A DNA stretch of 37,742 nucleotides from a virus, in IMG/VR virus record IMGVR_UViG_3300032893_000170, positions 1 through 37,742 of that record. One strand, written 5' to 3'. The notes below the pieces were generated by a model. The model was not told where the DNA came from, did not search any database, and saw nothing but the letters and a program-made list of their open reading frames with translations. Position numbers and translations under genes: made by a program. Of this stretch, positions 6,763 to 13,539 are shown piece by piece (the first letter of the stretch is position 1; each line of letters begins with the position of its first letter).

Positions 6763-6999
6763 ATGGCATCTGGAAAAGAATATATTGGCAAGGAATCGGA
6801 AGAAAAGGAATCTGCGAAAGAACGCCGGAATGAAAAACCAAGCCAAGAACACCATATGAGCGAAAAAATGAACAAACCAAAGACTCCAATGAGTCCAAAA
6901 ATGGACCATAAATCCGTTGAACATAGCCCAATGCCAGCACACAAAATGACGGATCATCCACTCAAACATTTGGAAAAATTCAAATACAAAAAGAAGTAG
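6763..6999 (+). CDS. Small Lys/His/Pro/Met-rich protein (78 aa)
   Basis: ATG 6763 after aaggaga. Last gene of the plus arm; its stop abuts the stop of the minus-strand lysozyme gene. Confidence 0.55.
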   Translation: MASGKEYIGKESEEKESAKERRNEKPSQEHHMSEKMNKPKTPMSPKMDHKSVEHSPMPAHKMTDHPLKHLEKFKYKKK

Positions 7000-7458
7000 T
7001 CAGTGAAAAGTGTCACCAACTCGCATCATATCGGCGAGTTCCACGGCGCGCTCACCAACTTGACCGGCCCATGCGCTTTGCAGCATTTGATTCGATGCTT
7101 CAGAAAAATCTTTTGCTGAAACAGCAGCTATCATTTTCTTGAATTCCGAAAACTTCATCGGACCCATGTTAAATACCATTGAGGCCACCACATTTTGTCT
7201 AGAATCGTCTAATCCGTTAAACCATGGGTAAGCCTCTCGGCAATACGAAACAACCTTGCTCATGTCATTCTCAAGCAAAAAACCGGCTTCCTGATCAGAA
7301 ATCCCAACGTCTTCGATGTTTCTCCCGGTTCCGATGGTTAGTTTTCCTTGATGTTCGCATTTGCAATCACGAAAAAACTTACCACAGCAATCAAAATATG
7401 GCCTTAACTCTAACCCCTCGTCTTTGATCAAAAGACCTCTTAAGCTGTCTCGATTCAT
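7000..7458 (-). CDS. Endolysin, T4-type lysozyme (GH24) with a Cys-rich insertion
   Basis: LIKDEGLELRPY...KLTIGTGRNI aligns with T4 lysozyme [26 protein letters not shown]. The C-terminal MVFNMG...W..Q.....A pattern is also retained. Confidence 0.85.
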   Translation of the reverse strand: MNRDSLRGLLIKDEGLELRPYFDCCGKFFRDCKCEHQGKLTIGTGRNIEDVGISDQEAGFLLENDMSKVVSYCREAYPWFNGLDDSRQNVVASMVFNMGPMKFSEFKKMIAAVSAKDFSEASNQMLQSAWAGQVGERAVELADMMRVGDTFH

Positions 7459-7462
7459 AAAA

Positions 7463-7774
7463 TTAATCCCTTAGATCTCGAAGATAAGCCTTAAGATTTG
7501 CCCAGCCCTGAGGATCAGTAGAAAATCCTTTGTTTAGTGCTAGCAGCATGGCCTCAGCACTTGGATATACGATGATCAGCGGATGAGCATCTGGTTTTAA
7601 ATTCCCATCAGAATCGTAATCAGCCTGAAGATTGTAACATTCCTGCTCAAGTTTTGGGACATTATTTAAACAGATGTTGGTATTTGGACGCGGAACATTA
7701 TTTTTACACCCGGCAAGTAAAAGCAGGAAAATACAAAGCAGATACCACGCTTCATTACGTTTTATCGAACGCAT
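7463..7774 (-). CDS. Outer-membrane lipoprotein, o-spanin candidate
   Basis: MRSIKRNEAWYLLCIFLLLLAGC carries the lipobox LAGC. The start is embedded in the 3' end of the upstream ORF (Rz/Rz1-like overlap). An alternative start is at 7801. Confidence 0.6.
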   Translation of the reverse strand: MRSIKRNEAWYLLCIFLLLLAGCKNNVPRPNTNICLNNVPKLEQECYNLQADYDSDGNLKPDAHPLIIVYPSAEAMLLALNKGFSTDPQGWANLKAYLRDLRD

Positions 7775-7970
7775 CGTGAGCTGCTTTCTCAATGTCTTCA
7801 CCGGTTGTTGCTTTCTTTAGATCAGAAACGCTCGCATTAGCCTCAGCTGCGTTTGCAGCCTGACTTTTAGCCTCCGCTTCCTTTTGTTTAAGATAATCGC
7901 TTAAATCGCCACCAAGTGACTTTATCAACATGATGGCGATATCAGCAATGAGCGTAGCAAGCCAAGACAT
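7755..7970 (-). CDS. Small N-terminally hydrophobic, helical protein (71 aa), i-spanin-like candidate
   Basis: MSWLATLIADIAIMLIKSLGG followed by an Ala/Lys/Glu-rich helix. It sits immediately upstream of, and overlapping, the lipoprotein gene. Confidence 0.4.
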   Translation of the reverse strand: MSWLATLIADIAIMLIKSLGGDLSDYLKQKEAEAKSQAANAAEANASVSDLKKATTGEDIEKAAHDAFDKT

Positions 7971-7971
7971 C

Positions 7972-8118
7972 TTACGATCCTTGTTTTGACTTGAAAAAAC
8001 TCATGATCAATTGAAAAACGCTGTTTGATTCGATCGAGCTATTGTTGGCCAGGAGCTCGCAAATACCATAAAGAATTCCAAAAATAATCCCTGAATGAGC
8101 TTGTAAAAATGTAAGCAT
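7972..8118 (-). CDS. 48-aa single-TM peptide (holin/antiholin-class candidate)
   Basis: Not in the ORF track. ATG 8118 lies one base after the upstream stop, and its own stop lies one base before the next ATG. Hydrophobic core GIIFGILYGICELLA. Confidence 0.4.
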   Translation of the reverse strand: MLTFLQAHSGIIFGILYGICELLANNSSIESNSVFQLIMSFFKSKQGS

Positions 8119-8119
8119 T

Positions 8120-8323
8120 TTATTTCCTCTTTTCTAATTTGTGAATACGATGTTCATGACTATTTATTTTTTCGATAATAACCGCAATTTGTGTGTTCAA
8201 ACTTTGGACGTTCTTCGAAAGATCACTCAAAGATTTGGCACCCCATCCGATAATCATTATGAATAGGCTGCCAAGAAAATGCAAAGGCAAATGATCTAAA
8301 ACAAACTGCGTCATTTGTGACAT
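8120..8323 (-). CDS. Holin candidate (67 aa, one TM plus charged helical tail)
   Basis: ATG 8323 after ggggga. LHFLGSLFIMIIGWGA is the TM segment, and the C-terminus is HEHRIHKLEKRK. First gene of the lysis cassette. Confidence 0.5.
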   Translation of the reverse strand: MSQMTQFVLDHLPLHFLGSLFIMIIGWGAKSLSDLSKNVQSLNTQIAVIIEKINSHEHRIHKLEKRK

Positions 8324-8339
8324 AAAACACTTTCCCCCA

Positions 8340-9008
8340 CTACTCTTTACAGTATATGGCGAAAGGATGATTCTCGCCATGATATTTCGAAAGCAACCGC
8401 TTTACCGAACCATAGGTTCTTCTTATGCGAAAATACCATATTTTTGATGCAAGTCTCAAAAAGATACTTCGATCACCAACACTTTTTATCTTTATCCAAA
8501 TAAGCTGTTTATCAGATGCATTTTCTTCATTAAAAAGAGCGTCAGATATTATCTCAAAAACAAGAGATGCGTGCTCCACGGCATTAATTATTTGTCCGGA
8601 GCAAAGCTTATAAAATGCGATGTTCCAGGTAAGTGAAACCGAACTAAAATAGAATGTCTTGGTATTGTTCATTATCCAATTATTTCTGTATCCAAAGCTG
8701 GTCAGGTTTCTGGCCGTCCAAGGATACCCAGAAAAAAGAGATGCGCAATAAAAAGAAATCAAATCATCTTTCGTAACTTGATCATATGAATTGGCCTTGT
8801 GAGCGATCATTCCATCTGGTCTTTGTAATCGAGTAATGCCATTTTCTATCTTAGAAACAACTGAGCTGGATTCTTTATTTTGTTCTGCAATTATTAAAGC
8901 AATTGCTCCTAATAAAATTGGATTTCCAGACGAATTGACCGATGGATTTGGTCTGTCCCCCACAAGACAATCTTGGTCTATATAAGGCTCCAGTGCCTCA
9001 AGAAACAA
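8340..9008 (-). CDS. Hypothetical protein (222 aa, TTG start), visibly AT-richer than neighbours
   Basis: Strong RBS taggagg 4-5 nt upstream of TTG 9008. No recognisable motifs. Confidence 0.6.
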   Translation of the reverse strand: MFLEALEPYIDQDCLVGDRPNPSVNSSGNPILLGAIALIIAEQNKESSSVVSKIENGITRLQRPDGMIAHKANSYDQVTKDDLISFYCASLFSGYPWTARNLTSFGYRNNWIMNNTKTFYFSSVSLTWNIAFYKLCSGQIINAVEHASLVFEIISDALFNEENASDKQLIWIKIKSVGDRSIFLRLASKIWYFRIRRTYGSVKRLLSKYHGENHPFAIYCKE

Positions 9009-9016
9009 GATACCTC

Positions 9017-9964
9017 CTATTTACTGACCATAGTAATTGTAAATCTAGCAAGCCCAGATGTGTCGTTAGCATTTGAATCAGTATGTGCCCTAATCACATC
9101 ATTGACCGCCAATATTTTGCAATTTGACATAACGTTTGGACCATCAAAGCTAGAATTTCCCGTTAGGGCAACAGCCACCATGTCTGCTGCGTTAATGCTT
9201 TGAATGGATGTAGTCAGCTGCGAAGAATTTAAAGAAATACCAACATAAGCAAGACCACCTGTATTTGCATCGCCATAGCTCATGCAATAAACTCCAGCTG
9301 TATTTATTGTAAAACTAGCACCATCCGTCGCACTATCGGCATATGTGATATCCGATCCAGTATTGATAAGAGTGGTTGTGAATCGACGAATTTTTGTGTT
9401 TGTAGATCCATATCCATTTCCGGCATAAAGAGTTACCTCTGATCGAGGGCCTGCTGCACCAGAACCATTTGATGCAGCGGTAATCCGACCCTTGGCGTCT
9501 ACAGTTAAATTGGTATTTGTGTATGATCCGGCTGTTACTGCTGTATTTGCAAGAGTTAAAGCACCAGTGTTTGCTAGCGTAGCATCTCCGGACATTGCAA
9601 CATCGGCTGGTTGATTTGATCCATTGCCAACATAAAAATGAGCGCTTGTTAGGCCAAGCATTTGAGATGCTGTTGCAGAACCGGTTAAGTCCGAAAACGA
9701 TGGCTGTGCATATGTAAATGTATTTGGAGATGTAAAACCAGTGCAGTATTGATGAGACGGTGCGCTTGAAGTACTTAGCGTTGATTGGTATGAAAGGGCG
9801 GGAATATCTGCAGCAACCAATGATCTAAATGTTACCGGAGCAGATCCACCAGATGTTGGACCGGCCATAACTTTATTTGCTGGCTGACTAAGCTCTCCAA
9901 AATACCCAGCTTGGGCAGGCGCTATTAAAAAGCTTAAAAGGATTACCAAAAGTTTATTTAACAT
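9017..9964 (-). CDS. Receptor-binding/fibre-like protein 3 with signal-peptide-like N-terminus
   Basis: Begins MLNKLLVILLSFLIAPAQA. It shares the AGPTSGG..P.FR.L.AADIPALSYQ..LSTSSAP.HQ..TGFT.PNTFTYAQPSFSD module with the two upstream proteins. An alternative start is at 9979. Confidence 0.6.
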   Translation of the reverse strand: MLNKLLVILLSFLIAPAQAGYFGELSQPANKVMAGPTSGGSAPVTFRSLVAADIPALSYQSTLSTSSAPSHQYCTGFTSPNTFTYAQPSFSDLTGSATASQMLGLTSAHFYVGNGSNQPADVAMSGDATLANTGALTLANTAVTAGSYTNTNLTVDAKGRITAASNGSGAAGPRSEVTLYAGNGYGSTNTKIRRFTTTLINTGSDITYADSATDGASFTINTAGVYCMSYGDANTGGLAYVGISLNSSQLTTSIQSINAADMVAVALTGNSSFDGPNVMSNCKILAVNDVIRAHTDSNANDTSGLARFTITMVSK

Positions 9965-12506
9965 AATATGTGCTCCCATCTGAAATTACTGTAATGCTGT
10001 TATATTGAGTCGACAACACTTGAGTTGCCAAGCCATCTATTAAGTCGGACGAAGAAATACTAACCGTGTTTGCAGAAGAATCAATTTTCTTAAAATAAAA
10101 AACGTAGCTTTTGCCACCAGAATTTGCTGATGCCGCAGATGGAAGGGTAAATGTAAATGATCCTCCTGATGCGTCTCCTAGCATGTTTCGGTCAGTAAGT
10201 AATACCGTGTAGTTTGACGATTTTGAACTAACCGACTCAGCAAGTTGCAATGTACTCGGAGATCCAGAAATATTTGTAAAAGATGGTTGGGCATACGTGA
10301 ATGTATTTGGTGCCGTAAATCCAGTACAAAATTGATTTGCTGGTGCGCTAGAAGTGCTAATTGGAGCCTGATAATCGGTTCCAGAAGATGCCGCACCTAT
10401 TGCTGTTCCATTTCCCTTAAGAAGACCCGTTACTGATGTTGAAATGGTTAAAGTTGGAGTGGTTCCGCCGGAAGATGATCCAGCAAATCCGTTTGCGTTT
10501 GCAATTGAAATACTAGATACAAATCCAGAGGGAGGAGTTCTTGCCGCTAGTTGATCCAATGCAGCCGATACTGTTGTTGGCGACGGAGACCAGTTACCAG
10601 GAGTTGTTGGCGAATAAGAAACATATGGAGATAAAGAAGTAAGGCTTAAAGAATAGGCTCCAGTAATGCTACCAATCGCAGGAAGACTTCCAGAATCACT
10701 TAAAATAGTTGGAGTTCCGCTACCTGTTGTATGCCCAACAATAGAATATCCAATGTCAGAAATATTTCCAGAAAGCTCTAAGAAAAAACCACCAGAAACA
10801 TCAATGGCAGTAGTATATAAATCAGCCCCAGTTATTGTGGCAAAGGCACTGTTTCCAGAATCTTTAAATGTCAATGTTCCGTAAATTGCGCGCGCTAAAA
10901 TAGTGGACTGCTCAGCCTGAACTGTTGCTCCACCACTTAATCCGCCACCATTTATAAAAAGAGACGAGTTAGAAGAACCCACCCCCTGTTGTTCGAAGTC
11001 GATTAATCCAGAAGAAGCACAGTTGTTTAATGTTAATTGTATTTGTGTAGCATCATTTCTGATCCAAGTTAAGGTTTGAAAAAGAATGTTAGTTGCAGAA
11101 ACAGTGTCATTTGTAACCCCACCAGAAATGGTAAGGCTCTGATTTAACTGAATCGAATAATCTGAAACTATATTGATATTAGCCGGACAAGTAATAGGAC
11201 CGGCATCACTGTCGTTATTACCGCCAGAAATCTCAATGGTATATGGTTGATTAATTGTAGGAGAGATAGTGCTACACGCATGTTGAAGTGTTTTCCACGG
11301 GCTCTGAGATGATCCGGTTCCAGAATCACTCCCACTTATAAAGTCTACATAAACCTTATTTACAGAAAGAGGAATATCAGCAGCAGCGATTGCAGATGAA
11401 CTTAAATTTCCAGAGGCATCACTTTTTACGTAACCTGCTCCAAGGCTTTTAACTTGAGCTGTTCCACCAATTACGGTGTTGCCATTTGTGCGCTGGACAC
11501 TGAAGGTAGTGTTTCCAGAATTATCCTTATAATACATTTGTGTTGGGTCTGTTCTAAACCAATAAGCCCCACCAGCATAATACGGCAAAGTGCTTTCAAC
11601 TGAAAATAAACCGAAGCGACCTCCTTTAATTCTGGCATAAGACCCATGCGACGCAGAAATGGGAGTTGATGTCAATTGTTCATCGGCATAAACAATAATA
11701 CCTTCCGAATTTATATTGAATGGCATTCCATCCGATTGCCACGATCCCAATTCTATGGTTTGATCTGTTTGATAAGCCCAAATAGCGTTTCTAGCAAATG
11801 GATCGACATAATCAGTTTGAACCTGACCATTATTAATTTTTAAATTTTTATTTGTAGAATCATAAAAAAAGTTTGTGTTATCTTCCGTCAGGGTTGTTCC
11901 GCCGGCTCCGGCAAAGGGGACGCTTCCTGCAGTATAATCGCCGTGATTAGTTCCACCTTGGGCCGTGGTCGCAGTACCAGAAATGTCTGAAAATGCTGGT
12001 TGAGCGTAAGTAAATGTGTTTGGTGCGGTAAACCCTGTTCCAAATTGATGCGCAGGAGCAGACGACGTAGATAACACAGGTTGATATGAAAGCGCAGGAA
12101 TGTCTGCTGCAGTAAGAAGTCTAAATGTCGGTGCAAGTGGGCCACCAGATGTTGGGCCAGCAAATACTGTATTATTGGCTTGAGTATTTATTGTGCCTGT
12201 CAGAGTTCCGGCTCCTGTTACCGGAGATCCGGACACTGTAAAAAGAGGACCAGTTAGAGAAAGCCCAACGCTTGTTACTACACCACCAGCAGCTGTTGCC
12301 TCAAGAAGCCACGATGTCCCATTCCACACATAAAGACCGAACCCGGTTGTTTCTAATCTCAGATCACCAACAACATTCCCAGAAGATGGGAGCGTTCCAA
12401 CGCTTAGAGTGGGTGCCTTATAGTTTGGTGATGCAGTGTTTGGATAGTACTGACCAAATGCCATAGATCCGATTAATAAAAAAATCAAAGCAAATATTTT
12501 ATTCAT
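9954..12506 (-). CDS. Tailspike-like protein with central parallel beta-helix region and signal-peptide-like N-terminus
   Basis: ATG 12506 after gaggtg. N-terminus MNKIFALIFLLIGSMAFGQ. The shared fibre module occurs twice. The central SGSDSGTGSSQSPWKTLQHAC... stretch with Gly/Asn/Ser-rich repetitive strands suggests a pectate-lyase-like fold. Confidence 0.65.
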   Translation of the reverse strand: MNKIFALIFLLIGSMAFGQYYPNTASPNYKAPTLSVGTLPSSGNVVGDLRLETTGFGLYVWNGTSWLLEATAAGGVVTSVGLSLTGPLFTVSGSPVTGAGTLTGTINTQANNTVFAGPTSGGPLAPTFRLLTAADIPALSYQPVLSTSSAPAHQFGTGFTAPNTFTYAQPAFSDISGTATTAQGGTNHGDYTAGSVPFAGAGGTTLTEDNTNFFYDSTNKNLKINNGQVQTDYVDPFARNAIWAYQTDQTIELGSWQSDGMPFNINSEGIIVYADEQLTSTPISASHGSYARIKGGRFGLFSVESTLPYYAGGAYWFRTDPTQMYYKDNSGNTTFSVQRTNGNTVIGGTAQVKSLGAGYVKSDASGNLSSSAIAAADIPLSVNKVYVDFISGSDSGTGSSQSPWKTLQHACSTISPTINQPYTIEISGGNNDSDAGPITCPANINIVSDYSIQLNQSLTISGGVTNDTVSATNILFQTLTWIRNDATQIQLTLNNCASSGLIDFEQQGVGSSNSSLFINGGGLSGGATVQAEQSTILARAIYGTLTFKDSGNSAFATITGADLYTTAIDVSGGFFLELSGNISDIGYSIVGHTTGSGTPTILSDSGSLPAIGSITGAYSLSLTSLSPYVSYSPTTPGNWSPSPTTVSAALDQLAARTPPSGFVSSISIANANGFAGSSSGGTTPTLTISTSVTGLLKGNGTAIGAASSGTDYQAPISTSSAPANQFCTGFTAPNTFTYAQPSFTNISGSPSTLQLAESVSSKSSNYTVLLTDRNMLGDASGGSFTFTLPSAASANSGGKSYVFYFKKIDSSANTVSISSSDLIDGLATQVLSTQYNSITVISDGSTYYVK

Positions 12507-12519
12507 TGAGCACCTCATA

Positions 12520-13539
12520 TTAGTTTGCATCCCACTGTCCACTTACGCCAACAGTAAATTGAACCGAATTCCCAGGATTCAGTGTAACGCTTGCAGCAGT
12601 TTCTACTGTATCGACACCATTTCCAAAAACAACAATATTGAATGTCTGTGACTTCAGATTTTTAATAGTTATGGATTGTCCAACCACAACCGCCGGAGGA
12701 AGAGTGTACGCTCTGTTTGCAGTAAGAACAGTGCCGCTTCGTACATATCCTGCGTCCGCTGGTATCGCATAGTTGGCATCACCACCGTTATAAACAACCA
12801 CCGGAGATCCGGCAGGAAGATCAGCCGCAACAAGAGGTCTGAATGTTGGCGCACCAGCCGGACCAGACGTTGGCCCAGCAAAAACAAGATTTGCTGTTTG
12901 CGTTGTAAGCGATCCAGTTAGTGTTCCGGCTCCTGTTACCGGAGATCCAGAAACAGAAAACAAACTGACAGGAAGCGAAAGGGCAACGCTAGTTACGGTT
13001 CCACCACCACCAATCCCAGCACTGTCTGATAAAATCCAACCGTTTCCGGCAGGATTTATAATTGGAAAATATCCAGGAAATAAAGACAGATTACCAGGCA
13101 ATTGCATTGAAAAAGATGCGCCATCACCATCTGCAAGTTGGACACACCGAGAAACCTCATCCTGCAATCTTTGAATCAAGAGAGTGACGTAATCAAATTG
13201 TTCTACAAGTGCAGACGATGAAATTGTTCCACCCTGCAACAATGCAAAATTTTGTTGCTGAATTGGCGATCTAATTACAATAATTATATCTGTAATCAGC
13301 GGAACATAAGATGAAAAAACAACAGTTCCGCCGCTCGCATAAAGACCCTGGTAATTTGGTGTTCCAGAGATGGTGTAGTCAGTATTTAAAACATATGGGC
13401 CGGTTATTCCACCGGCAATAGTGTCATATTTGTAAACGATTAAATCAGCCTGTCTGAAAAAATAATATGGGAATGAGAAAGAAGTTGACACTCCGTCCCC
13501 GGCAACAACTACTCTATTTGTTACTGATGAAACACCCAT
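12520..13539 (-). CDS. Tail fibre with T7 gp17-like N-terminal tail-attachment domain
   Basis: VVVAGDGVSTSFSFPYYFFRQADLIVYKYD...IIIVIRSPIQQQNFALLQGG...LVEQFDYVTLLIQRLQDEVSR matches the podovirus fibre N-terminal pattern. The C-terminus carries the shared module. Confidence 0.7.
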   Translation of the reverse strand: MGVSSVTNRVVVAGDGVSTSFSFPYYFFRQADLIVYKYDTIAGGITGPYVLNTDYTISGTPNYQGLYASGGTVVFSSYVPLITDIIIVIRSPIQQQNFALLQGGTISSSALVEQFDYVTLLIQRLQDEVSRCVQLADGDGASFSMQLPGNLSLFPGYFPIINPAGNGWILSDSAGIGGGGTVTSVALSLPVSLFSVSGSPVTGAGTLTGSLTTQTANLVFAGPTSGPAGAPTFRPLVAADLPAGSPVVVYNGGDANYAIPADAGYVRSGTVLTANRAYTLPPAVVVGQSITIKNLKSQTFNIVVFGNGVDTVETAASVTLNPGNSVQFTVGVSGQWDAN

